The notes under the pieces: model-generated | The model's input: the letters and a program-made list of their open reading frames with translations, nothing else | Told to the model about the DNA's origin: nothing | The model's database searches: none | NCBI GenBank assembly: GCA_963729855.1 | Contig: CAVSPT010000006.1 | Span: forward strand, 933,428 to 997,427 | Reading direction: 5' to 3' | DNA: 64,000 nucleotides | DNA from: Candidatus Aminicenantes bacterium | GTDB lineage: Bacteria; Acidobacteriota; Aminicenantia; Aminicenantales; UBA4085 | Program-made: the position numbers and the translations under genes | Part shown: piece after piece, positions 55,402 through 63,956 of the stretch | How positions within the stretch are numbered: the first letter of the stretch is position 1 | Layout of the letters: each line of letters starts with the position of its first letter

Positions 55402-56159
55402 TCCTCGTCGTTCTTTTCGGACTGGCCTGGGGCTCCTTCCTCAACGTCGTCATTTACCGGCTGCCTCTCGGCCTCAACCTGGCCCATCCGCCGTCCGCCT
55501 GTCCGGCCTGCGGAACACCCATCAAGCCGTGGGACAACATCCCCGTGCTCTCCTACCTTTTCCTGCGCGGCCGCTGCCGGAAATGCGGGAGGAGAATCGC
55601 CTTCCGCTACGTCCTCGTCGAGATGCTGACGCCGGCCCTGATGGCCGTCCTCCATCTCGAATACGGCTTGACGCCGCATTTCTTCGCCGCGGCGGTCTTC
55701 ACCAGCGCGCTCATCGCCCTGGCCTTCATCGATTTCGACCACAAAATCCTGCCCGACAAGATCACCTTCCCGATCGCCGGGCTCGGCCTGGGCTACGCCT
55801 TCTTCCGGGCCGACCTCTCGCCCCTCCAGGCCCTTCTGGGGGCCGTCGCGGGCGGCGGCGTCCTGCTCCTCCTCTATGGGGGCTATTATCTGGTCCGGAA
55901 AAAAGAAGGGCTGGGATTGGGCGACGTGACCATGATGATCATGGTCGGAATCTTTCTCGGTTGGGGCAAGGCCCTGCTGACCGTCATCCTGGGCAGCTTC
56001 GCCGGGGCGCTCGTCGGCGTCGTCGTCATCGCCGCCCGGAAGAAAGACCTGCAGTTCGCCCTGCCTTTCGGCACGTTCCTGGCCCCGGCCGCGTTTGTCG
56101 CCCTCGTCTGGGGCGATCGCCTGATCTCCGCCTACCTGCGGATTTACCCCGGCCGTTGA
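55389..56159 (+). CDS. pilD: Prepilin (type IV leader) peptidase, A24 family
   Basis: FLNVVIYRLP, Zn-binding CPACG..CRKCG, and catalytic Asp contexts FIDFDHKILPD and GLGLGDVTMM. Start is ATG 55389, or ATG 55398 (ATGA overlap with the upstream stop). Confidence 0.85.
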   Translation: METMILVVLFGLAWGSFLNVVIYRLPLGLNLAHPPSACPACGTPIKPWDNIPVLSYLFLRGRCRKCGRRIAFRYVLVEMLTPALMAVLHLEYGLTPHFFAAAVFTSALIALAFIDFDHKILPDKITFPIAGLGLGYAFFRADLSPLQALLGAVAGGGVLLLLYGGYYLVRKKEGLGLGDVTMMIMVGIFLGWGKALLTVILGSFAGALVGVVVIAARKKDLQFALPFGTFLAPAAFVALVWGDRLISAYLRIYPGR

Positions 56160-56232
56160 TTCCCCGTCGGGCCGCCGTCAATCCGGAATGATGGTTGAAT
56201 TTTTATCGTTTAATATGGTATTGATTTAGCTC

Positions 56233-58065
56233 ATGTTACAAGACAGGTCTTCCGTCCGGACGGCGATCCTTCTCCTATCCGGTCTCTTCCTGGGTTTCGC
56301 CCTGTTCGCCAATCTGCCCAAGCTCCATGAAGGCTTCCTGGTCGGCGACCAGGCGGTCTACTACGCCATGGCCCAAAGCCTGGCTTTCGACGGCGACCTG
56401 GAATACACCACCCGCGACCTCATCCGCTATGAGAATGATTTCTGGGCCGGCCCGAACGGGATCTTCCTCAAGAGGGTGGTCCGGGACGGCCGGGAGCATC
56501 TCTACTACGCCAAGTCCTTCGCCTTCGCCCTTTTTGCCGCCCCCTTCGTCCGCGCCTTCGGGCCGAACGGTCCGCTCGTCTTCCACGCCCTGCTCCTCTT
56601 CCTCCTCCTGATGATGGGCTGGTCCTATTTCGCCCTGTCCAACAGCCCGGGATTGTCCTTCCTGCGGATGGCCACTTTTCTCGGCGCCTCGGTGGCCTGC
56701 GTCTACGCCTTCTGGATCACGCCGGAATTCTTCAACCTCTTCCTCGTCTTCTCCGTTCTCTTTCTGTGGCTCTATAAAAAACGGGCCGCCGAGAACCCCC
56801 TGCCCGAGGGCGCAAAATCCGGCCGCCTGCGCCGCTTCCTCTGTTCCGGGGCTTCCGATTACCTGGCCGCGGTCGCGGCCGGGATCGTCGTCTTTTCCAA
56901 GCCCACCAACGTGTTCCTGACCGCGCCGCTTTTCCTGGCCACCTGGCTCACGGCCAAAAAATTCTGGAAGGCCGTGGCCCTGGGCCTGGTTTCGGTCCTC
57001 GTGGCGGCCGCTTTCTTCGCCGCCAATTGGGCCTGGACCGGGACGTGGAACTACCAGGGCGGCGAACGCAAGAGCTTCGCCTATCAATTCCCCCTCGAGA
57101 ACCATGACGCCACGTTCGATTCCGTAGGGGGCAAATCCATGACCACCGACGGTTACGTCGAGCGGACGGCCCTGCCGGCCAAGGAAGCGGTCCGCATCGG
57201 GGCCTGGAATTTCTTCTTCTATTTCTTCGGCCGGTTCACCGGCGTGGCCTGGTATTTCTTCCCGGCCCTGCTTTTTCTGTTCCTCTTTTTTCGAGGCCGG
57301 AAAAATCTCGACCAATGGCTCATCCTGGTCGCCGCCCTGGCCCAGATCCTGGCCTACATCATCATGATGCCGGACAATTACGGGGGCGGAGGCGGCTCGC
57401 TGGCCAACCGTTATTTCATGAACATCTATCCGATGTTCCTCTTCCTCCCGGCGGCGGCCATCAAAAAACGGGAGATCGTCGTCCCCTGGGTCATGGCCAT
57501 CTTCTTCCTGGCCCCCATCCTCATCACACCGCTCCAGACGTCGGCCTCGCCCTCGATCCACGCCAAGAAATTTCCTTTCACCCTTCTCCCCGTCGAGTAT
57601 ACCCTGATCAATGATCTGCCCACCAATACGACGCCCACGGCCAAGCGCCAGCAATGGGGCCATCCGCTGAAGTCCGATCAATTCCTTTATTTCCTGGACG
57701 ACAACTACGAAAAAAAACAGCCTCTGGAGGACGGCTGGTGGACGTGGAGCGACAAAAAAGCGGACATGATCCTGCGCACGGCCTTCCCGGTGAAGGAGGT
57801 CGTCGTCCACCTGCTCAATAACCCGCGCGCCGACAACACGATCACCGTGACCCTGGACGGACGGACCCAGACCATCGTCCTGGATTCCCTGCAGAAAGGC
57901 ATCCTGCGCTTCACGCCGGGCGGCGGCTTTCGGATCAAGCACAGCCATCAATATCGCTTCAAGGTTCAGGCGGCCAAGGGCTCCATCCCCTACCATGAGA
58001 ACCGGGTGAGCGACGAAAAGCGCCATCTGGGCGTCTTTTTCGAGCTCGAAATCATCCCTCAATAA
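56233..58065 (+). CDS. Large polytopic membrane protein, GT-C-like (ArnT/PMT-type glycosyltransferase fold suspected)
   Basis: 610 aa with about 11 TM helices. The first loop has acidic residues (GFLVGDQAVYYAMAQSLAFDGDLEY). C-terminal soluble domain of about 150 aa. The family is not firmly recognised. Confidence 0.4.
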   Translation: MLQDRSSVRTAILLLSGLFLGFALFANLPKLHEGFLVGDQAVYYAMAQSLAFDGDLEYTTRDLIRYENDFWAGPNGIFLKRVVRDGREHLYYAKSFAFALFAAPFVRAFGPNGPLVFHALLLFLLLMMGWSYFALSNSPGLSFLRMATFLGASVACVYAFWITPEFFNLFLVFSVLFLWLYKKRAAENPLPEGAKSGRLRRFLCSGASDYLAAVAAGIVVFSKPTNVFLTAPLFLATWLTAKKFWKAVALGLVSVLVAAAFFAANWAWTGTWNYQGGERKSFAYQFPLENHDATFDSVGGKSMTTDGYVERTALPAKEAVRIGAWNFFFYFFGRFTGVAWYFFPALLFLFLFFRGRKNLDQWLILVAALAQILAYIIMMPDNYGGGGGSLANRYFMNIYPMFLFLPAAAIKKREIVVPWVMAIFFLAPILITPLQTSASPSIHAKKFPFTLLPVEYTLINDLPTNTTPTAKRQQWGHPLKSDQFLYFLDDNYEKKQPLEDGWWTWSDKKADMILRTAFPVKEVVVHLLNNPRADNTITVTLDGRTQTIVLDSLQKGILRFTPGGGFRIKHSHQYRFKVQAAKGSIPYHENRVSDEKRHLGVFFELEIIPQ

Positions 58066-58073
58066 GGACCCCC

Positions 58074-59975
58074 ATGTGCGGAATCTGCGGTTTGGCCAGG
58101 CCGGAGGCGGGAGCGCCCGTCCCCGAGGATCTCGTCGTCCGGATGTGCCGGCAGATCGTCCACCGCGGCCCGGACGATGAAGGCGTCTACGTCGACGACC
58201 GGGTCGGCCTGGGCAACCGCCGTCTGAGCATCATCGACCTGGAAACGGGGCACCAGCCCCTGTCCAACGAGGACGGGTCGATCTGGATCGCCTACAACGG
58301 CGAGGCTTACAATTTCGGCGAGGTCCGCGACGAGCTCATCGGGCGTGGCCACGCCTTCAGGACCAAGTCGGACACCGAGACCATCGTCCACGCTTACGAA
58401 GAATGGGGCGTGGATTTCATCCACCGCTTCCGGGGCATGTTCGCCTTCGCCCTTTGGGACAAGCGGACGGACACGCTCCTCCTCTACCGCGACCGGATCG
58501 GGGTCAAGCCGCTCTACTACACCTTGACCCCGGGAGGGACATTGGTCTTCGGTTCGGAGCTGAAGACGATCCTGGTCCACCCTTCGGTCGAACGCGAGCT
58601 CGAGCCGCGGGCCTTGGACCTCTTCCTGACGCTCGAATACGTGCCGGCGCCCTTCTCCATCTTCAAGGGCGTCTTCAAATTGCCGGGCGGGCATTATCTC
58701 GAGTTCCGCGGCGGGAACGTCTCCCTGCACCGCTATTGGGACGTCGCCGCGCCGCTTGAACGCCCGGCCCCGATCAAGCCCGGCGAGCTTCCGGAGATCA
58801 TGGACGAGCTCTACGAGCTGCTCAAGGAATCGGTCAAGCTCCGCCTGGTCAGCGACGTCCCCCTGGGCGCTTTTCTGAGCGGCGGCATCGACTCCTCGAC
58901 CATCGTCGGGCTCATGCGCGAGCTGGGCGCCTCGCCCCTGAAGACTTTCAGCATCGGCTTCGCCGACCAGACGTACAACGAGCTGGCCCACGCCCGCCGC
59001 ATCGCCGAGCGCTTCGAGACCGATCACGAGGAGCTGGTCATCGAGCCGCGGGCCCTGGAGCTGACCGAATCGCTGATCAAGCACATGGACGAGCCGTTCG
59101 GCGATTTTTCCATGTTCCCGACGTATCTCGTTTCGCGGATGGCCCGCACGAGCGTCACGGTGGCCCTCTCGGGCGACGGCGGCGACGAGCTCTTCGCCGG
59201 CTACGAACACTACCAGGCTCAGCGCCTGGCCCGCTGGCCGCTGGTCCCGCTGGGCGGCCGGGCCGTCGGTGCGGCGGTCAACCGATTCAAACCCTCGGAC
59301 AAAAAAAAGGGGGCCTGGAACAAGCTCCGCCGCTTCACCCAGGGATTCGACAACGACCGGCGCCTGCGCCATCTGCGCTGGATGATGTTCCTCTCCGACC
59401 GGGCCAAGGCCCGGCTGTACGCTCCGGATTTTGTGAACCAGCTGGGGGGGATCCGCTCGTTGCGGAACCGGGAGCCGTTCGACGAGATCTTCGGCCGCAT
59501 GGGGGGCTTCCCGCCGTTGACCGGCGAGCTCTACCTGGACCTCAAGAGCTATCTCGTCGACGACATCATGGTCAAAGTCGACCGCATGAGCATGGCCGTC
59601 TCGCTGGAAGCCCGCGAGCCGCTTCTCGATCACAAGCTCGTCGAATTCGCCTTCCGCCTCCCCGACGAGCTCAAGCTCCATAACGGCGAAACCAAGTGGA
59701 TCCTCAAGAAGACCATGGAGCGGCTCCTGCCCGAGGAAAACATCTGGCGGAGCAAGGAAGGCTTCAGCATCCCCATCAAGCATTGGCTCAAGACCGACCT
59801 GCGCGAGCTTCTCGAAGACACGCTGAACGAGGCGCGTCTGGAAAAAGACGGGCTGTTCCGGCCCGCCTGCGTAAGGGGCTTGGTCGACGCCCACATGGCC
59901 GGGCGGGAGAACCACAGCCACCAGCTCTGGGCGCTGATGGTGTTTCACATCTGGAAGGACAACTACCTGCGCTGA
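58074..59975 (+). CDS. asnB: Asparagine synthase (glutamine-hydrolysing)
   Basis: N-terminal nucleophile MCGICG, GHQP, and PP-loop SGGIDSS. 633 aa. It starts 9 nt after the preceding membrane protein gene. Confidence 0.9.
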   Translation: MCGICGLARPEAGAPVPEDLVVRMCRQIVHRGPDDEGVYVDDRVGLGNRRLSIIDLETGHQPLSNEDGSIWIAYNGEAYNFGEVRDELIGRGHAFRTKSDTETIVHAYEEWGVDFIHRFRGMFAFALWDKRTDTLLLYRDRIGVKPLYYTLTPGGTLVFGSELKTILVHPSVERELEPRALDLFLTLEYVPAPFSIFKGVFKLPGGHYLEFRGGNVSLHRYWDVAAPLERPAPIKPGELPEIMDELYELLKESVKLRLVSDVPLGAFLSGGIDSSTIVGLMRELGASPLKTFSIGFADQTYNELAHARRIAERFETDHEELVIEPRALELTESLIKHMDEPFGDFSMFPTYLVSRMARTSVTVALSGDGGDELFAGYEHYQAQRLARWPLVPLGGRAVGAAVNRFKPSDKKKGAWNKLRRFTQGFDNDRRLRHLRWMMFLSDRAKARLYAPDFVNQLGGIRSLRNREPFDEIFGRMGGFPPLTGELYLDLKSYLVDDIMVKVDRMSMAVSLEAREPLLDHKLVEFAFRLPDELKLHNGETKWILKKTMERLLPEENIWRSKEGFSIPIKHWLKTDLRELLEDTLNEARLEKDGLFRPACVRGLVDAHMAGRENHSHQLWALMVFHIWKDNYLR

Positions 59976-59997
59976 GGGGGCTCGGAAAATCAGTCCG

Positions 59998-61422
59998 CTA
60001 TATAGGCGTCGACACGGGTACGGCGTAGGGGCCCTCGGGGATGAAGGCCACGCGGGGGTTGATTCCCGAAGCGGCGAGCGAGTGATACGAAGCGATCAGC
60101 GCGTTTTGGACCATAAGCTCCGCTTTGCGGACGCGGCCCAGGCGGCGGGCCGCGGGCGAAACGAAATCGTAGCCGCTCCTTCCCGGCAGGCGGGCGTAGG
60201 CCTCCTCAGGGATGTCCGGACCGCAATAGATCAAGCCGTCTTCGCCGACGCGGCGCAGGACCTTTCCCCACACCTCCGGCTCCCACTGGTCCCGGGTGAA
60301 ACGCCAGGACGGGGCTTTCAATAAGTCCACATAGCCGTCCGGGCCTTGGAGCTTGAGCAGATGGCAGAGGGACTTGTACTCCGGGCCGCCGATGGGCTCG
60401 GCATCGCGGTTGTCCGCGGCGATGATGACGATCCCCTTTTCCCGTACGGCTGGAATGGCCCCGACGGCCGCTTTCGCCGTCTGGTAATGGTTCCGCCCGA
60501 CGTATCCGCCGTGGGTCAGGACGATGTCGAACGGCCGCTCAATCGGGATCGCCGCATAGCTCTTGATGCGGGCCACGGCGGCCTCAAGGACGGCATCCAT
60601 TTCACCGGCGAAGACGCCGGTCAGCCGCATGGCCCGATCCATGGTCACGGTGACGGTGAAATCCAAACCCACGGCCCGGGCCACGCATCGGGCCTCTTCG
60701 TGGCAGGGGTTGCCCGCCAGGACGAGGTTCGCGGCCAGGGGATTTTCCAGGAATTCCGGGCTGTGGAATTTCTGGATCGTCCGCAGGTCGACGAGGCCGG
60801 GGCAAACCGCCTTCCGCCCGCCGGAAGCGCCGGCCATGAAATGACTCTCGGTCAGCCCGGTGGCGATCTTCAGGTCGGCTTCATAAAAAGCGCGATTGAC
60901 CCGGACTTCCGTTCCGCCGTCCGTACGGCCGATCGAGACCAGGCTCGCCGCATCGGTGCAGTCGTGGTCAAGAATTTTATAAGCGGACACAATTTCGCGG
61001 CCGAACATGGCGATTTTTTCCGGGGCCGTGCTGGGCCGATGGGTGCCCGTGCCGACGATGAGCCGGATGTTCTCTCGCCGTAATCCGAGGCTGCGGAGCG
61101 TTTCGAGCAAGGGCGCCAGGATCCCCTGCCGCCCGCGGTACGGCACGGGGCGCGTGATGTCGGAAACGGTGATGGCGGCGCGAAGCGACGAGGCGGACGT
61201 TCCATTGCCTCGGACGATGTCGGCCAGGCGACGGCCGGCGACCGGCCGCTCATAGGCCGCGCGGACGGCCGCGGCGGGATCGGACAGGACCTCGGCCTTG
61301 GCCATGGCCAATTCGACGGCATCGCGAGGGACGTGGACGTTCAGCGGACCGCCGCTGAATTCGACGGCGATTCTTATCCATCCCTTGGGGCGGGCCGGGG
61401 GGGCCGTTTTATTCGCCGTCAT
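59998..61422 (-). CDS. LarA-like (nickel-dependent lactate racemase family, DUF2088) protein
   Basis: 474 aa. ITVSDITRPVPY and IVGTGTHRP are typical of the LarA N-terminal domain. The start overlaps the tilS stop by 14 nt. No larB/C/E genes in the window. Confidence 0.7.
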   Translation of the reverse strand: MTANKTAPPARPKGWIRIAVEFSGGPLNVHVPRDAVELAMAKAEVLSDPAAAVRAAYERPVAGRRLADIVRGNGTSASSLRAAITVSDITRPVPYRGRQGILAPLLETLRSLGLRRENIRLIVGTGTHRPSTAPEKIAMFGREIVSAYKILDHDCTDAASLVSIGRTDGGTEVRVNRAFYEADLKIATGLTESHFMAGASGGRKAVCPGLVDLRTIQKFHSPEFLENPLAANLVLAGNPCHEEARCVARAVGLDFTVTVTMDRAMRLTGVFAGEMDAVLEAAVARIKSYAAIPIERPFDIVLTHGGYVGRNHYQTAKAAVGAIPAVREKGIVIIAADNRDAEPIGGPEYKSLCHLLKLQGPDGYVDLLKAPSWRFTRDQWEPEVWGKVLRRVGEDGLIYCGPDIPEEAYARLPGRSGYDFVSPAARRLGRVRKAELMVQNALIASYHSLAASGINPRVAFIPEGPYAVPVSTPI

Positions 61423-62890
61423 GGCCGTCTCCCTTCCGGGAATTCGTCCGGGGCGGAACCGCCGAGATTCTCAAAATTTTTTTCGTCCGGGCCGATACCT
61501 TGTATTGATCCGAGGCCGGCAGTCCCTGGACCCAAACGATCGTGGTTCCGGAGACGAAAACCGGGCGAAGATCGCGCTCGTCTTCGGGAACGCCCTTGGC
61601 CCGCAGGATCTCTTTGAGATTTTTCGCGCCGGGAGCGCCGCACGGACGATAACGGTCGCCCGGGCGCCTGTTCCGGACGATGAGGGGAGATTCGAGGTTC
61701 GCCGCGTCCAGAACGCAGCCGGCGGCGTCGCCGGCGATCCTCCCGGTCCGGCGTCCTCCGCCTGAGGAAAACGATTCGAGAAAGGTCCGTGCGGCGGCCG
61801 GCCCGCCGAATCGTCCCTTGTATTTCCAGCCGGCCGCGGAGATGGGCAGATCTCCCCGGCCGTCCCAAAGCAGAAGATAGGGCCGCGGGACCGGGCATCG
61901 GGCGTTTCGCCGTCCGATGCGGCCCCGCCGCCGTTCCAGGACGAGCGCTTTGGAAAGCGGAATTATCCCTCCGTCCTCGAGGCCCCGGACGGCCTCCACA
62001 TCGTCGAACGAAACGTCGTTCAGGTCGCCCTTCATCGAGCGCAGGAAAAGCCGGACCACCCGGCGGGCAATGGCCGGGTGCAATTTTCGAAGCGCCTTCG
62101 CCTCTAAAAACGACACCCCGCTTTCCCGGGCAAGGACGCGGCCCGCGGCGGTTCGGGCGGCCTGTTCCAGGAATTCATCCTCGTCCCGGCTGATGGAGGC
62201 CAGGCGGGCCAGGGAGCGAACAACGGCCGGGGCGAAATTCTTTTTCAGGTAAGGAACGAGCTTATGCCGGATTTTATTGCGCAGGAACCGCTCGTCGCGG
62301 TTGGAGTCGTCCGTTCGCCAGGGCAACTTCCGGTCCCGCAGATAGTCGAGGATCTCGTCGCGGCCCAATCCAAGCAGGGGCCGGATGATCGAGCCGTCGC
62401 GGACGTCGGGGATTCCGGCCAAACCGGTCGGACCCGTCCCCCGCAGGAGACGCATAAGGACCGTCTCGGCCTGGTCGTCCCGGTTATGGCCGGTGGCGAT
62501 CTTCGCCGCCCCGGCTTCGGTCGCGGCCCGTTCGAGAAATGCGTAGCGCAGGCGCCTCCCCGCTTCTTCGATGCCGATGCCCAACCTGCGGGCGGAGGCC
62601 CGGACATCGGCCCGGCCCGCATAATAGGGCAGTTCAAGCGCCAGGGCCATGTTTTGGACGAAACGCTCGTCGGCCGCCGCCTGGGCGCGGAGCCGGTGGT
62701 TGAAATGGGCGACGGAGACCGCAAACGGGATGTCCCGGCTCAGCTCGAGGAGGAGGTACAGCAGGGCCGTCGAATCCGGTCCGCCGGAACAGGCCGCGAG
62801 GACGGAATCCCCGGGGCGGAGAAGTCCCCCCGCGAGGACGGAGGTCCGCATCCGCCGAAACGCCGGATGGAGCCGACTCGATGGGGCCAT
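61409..62890 (-). CDS. tilS: tRNA(Ile)-lysidine synthetase
   Basis: 493 aa. PP-loop ACSGGPDSTALLYLL and HFNHRLR, plus a C-terminal substrate-binding extension. Confidence 0.85.
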   Translation of the reverse strand: MAPSSRLHPAFRRMRTSVLAGGLLRPGDSVLAACSGGPDSTALLYLLLELSRDIPFAVSVAHFNHRLRAQAAADERFVQNMALALELPYYAGRADVRASARRLGIGIEEAGRRLRYAFLERAATEAGAAKIATGHNRDDQAETVLMRLLRGTGPTGLAGIPDVRDGSIIRPLLGLGRDEILDYLRDRKLPWRTDDSNRDERFLRNKIRHKLVPYLKKNFAPAVVRSLARLASISRDEDEFLEQAARTAAGRVLARESGVSFLEAKALRKLHPAIARRVVRLFLRSMKGDLNDVSFDDVEAVRGLEDGGIIPLSKALVLERRRGRIGRRNARCPVPRPYLLLWDGRGDLPISAAGWKYKGRFGGPAAARTFLESFSSGGGRRTGRIAGDAAGCVLDAANLESPLIVRNRRPGDRYRPCGAPGAKNLKEILRAKGVPEDERDLRPVFVSGTTIVWVQGLPASDQYKVSARTKKILRISAVPPRTNSRKGDGHDGE

Positions 62891-62923
62891 GGAACAATCA
62901 TTCTAGCATAGAAAGCACAGGTG

Positions 62924-63097
62924 GGAAGCGCGGGGGATTGGCCGGGGTAAACGCGCCCGTTTTCCCGGCGAGGAAAACTCGCTCCGACGCTCCTCCTTCG
63001 CTCCCTAACTCGTCGGATCGTCGTTAAATCCGACGAGTTAGGACCATGCCCGCTCAGTCGTCGCACGGGTTTCCCCTGGCCAATCCCCCGCACTTCC
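62924..63097. repeat. 174-bp nested inverted-repeat element (24/25-nt terminal arms enclosing a perfect 15-bp hairpin)
   Basis: GGAAGCGCGGGGGATTGGCCGGGG (62924-62947) is the reverse complement of CCCCTGGCCAATCCCCCGCACTTCC (63073-63097), apart from one indel and one substitution. Inside, CCTAACTCGTCGGAT (63004-63018) pairs perfectly with ATCCGACGAGTTAGG (63028-63042), and there are smaller hairpins at about 62949-62962 and 62961-62978. No credible ORF. Confidence 0.55.
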
Positions 63098-63250
63098 TCT
63101 ACGAGTCCGCGGACGAATCCCCTCCTTTGAAGGAGGGGGCGGGGAGGTGCTATCAATAAGATCAGAGTGGGGCGCGGGCAAGTCAAACGATTGCGCATCC
63201 AGAAAAATGAGTATTTTGAAGGAGTTAGGAAGGAAAGGGAAGGAAAAAAA

Positions 63251-63324
63251 TGGCGGCGCAGGGATTTGAACCCCGGACTCTACGGATATGAGCCGTATGC
63301 TCTGACCAACTGAGCTACGCCGCC
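63251..63324 (-). tRNA. tRNA with CAT anticodon (elongator Met, or Ile2 if lysidine-modified)
   Basis: Minus strand GGCGGCGTAGCTCAGTTGGTCAGAGCATACGGCTCATATCCGTAGAGTCCGGGGTTCAAATCCCTGCGCCGCCA. It has a 7-bp acceptor stem, D arm, anticodon stem TACGG/CCGTA with loop CTCATAT, and a T arm GGGGTTCAAATCCC. CCA is not encoded, and a T7 run follows. It is not initiator-like: G1-C72 is paired and there is no GGG/CCC anticodon stem. Confidence 0.9.
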
Positions 63325-63335
63325 AAAGCGTAGAG

Positions 63336-63364
63336 ATTTTAGAGGAATCAAGGGGTCAAGTCAA
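63336..63364 (-). promoter_or_regulatory. Sigma-70-type promoter candidate for the tRNA gene
   Basis: Minus strand TTGACT (63364->63359), 17 nt spacer, TAAAAT (63341->63336). The tRNA 5' end lies 11 nt downstream of the -10. Confidence 0.5.
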
Positions 63365-63453
63365 TTTCGCGCCCGGGCGGGCCGGCTCGCCGGCGGCACG
63401 ATCCCATTCATGCGAAGGTAGACGACGAGCTGGCCGCAGTGATCCGAGGCGTG
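63361..63453 (-). pseudogene. Possible 3' remnant of a DinB-family gene
   Basis: The minus frame reads [30 protein letters not shown]-stop, preceded directly by an in-frame TAG. HxxxHxGQ..YLR..G is the C-terminal metal-ligand motif of DinB/YfiT-like proteins. Only 30 codons remain. Confidence 0.3.
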
Positions 63454-63467
63454 CTAGACCGCTGATC

Positions 63468-63956
63468 CTAGACCTTGCGGCGTGACGGCATTCCGGCGCC
63501 ACGAACATCCGTCCGACGGGCGCTCTTGTCCACCAGCTTTATTATTTTTTCGCATTTAAAACACTTATTGTTGTGAACCGAGATTAAATTGCCGCATTGG
63601 GAACAATGATGCTTTTTATATTGGCTTTTAATAAATTGCGCTATTCCATTCTTATGAATAAATTCCAAATTATCGATCATACTCATCCCGTAATTTTTTC
63701 TATATCTTTCATCAAGATGATGAAGCGACTTGCAGGGATATTGACTGCATTCAAAGCAAAACGGAATATTTCCTTCTGAGATATTTTTAGTCCCCGTACA
63801 TTTATTTTTTACGCCGCAATTCTTCTTTGATGGCCTGCATCCGATACAGTGACTGCGCGTGAGATTATTAGCGTATGCAAGATAACGGCTGCATAATGCG
63901 CAATTCATTCCACATGGCGCAATGAGTTCCTTCAAAATTGGATTTGCTTTCTTCAT
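63468..63956 (-). CDS. Cys-rich protein, DUF3795-like, in an AT-rich block
   Basis: 162 aa. IAPCGMNCALCSRYLAY, CIGCR, CFECSQYPC and CSQCG..CFKC. The body of the gene (63530-63956) is markedly AT-rich compared with the rest of the window. The last ~20 codons run into GC-rich flanking DNA. Confidence 0.5.
   Translation of the reverse strand: MKKANPILKELIAPCGMNCALCSRYLAYANNLTRSHCIGCRPSKKNCGVKNKCTGTKNISEGNIPFCFECSQYPCKSLHHLDERYRKNYGMSMIDNLEFIHKNGIAQFIKSQYKKHHCSQCGNLISVHNNKCFKCEKIIKLVDKSARRTDVRGAGMPSRRKV

Noticed and set aside
56216-56231. TGGTATtgattTAGCT upstream of the 610-aa membrane protein gene as a sigma-54 promoter
   Set aside because: GG-N10-GC is satisfied but both elements are weak. 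The GC lies 2 nt before the ATG, so the TSS would fall inside the coding sequence.
62924-63097. Interpretation of the nested inverted repeat as 6S RNA
   Set aside because: The length (about 175 nt) and closing stem fit. However, the interior folds into several independent hairpins with a very asymmetric 56/29-nt arrangement, not the central bubble flanked by extended helices. This cannot be supported without a covariance-model search.
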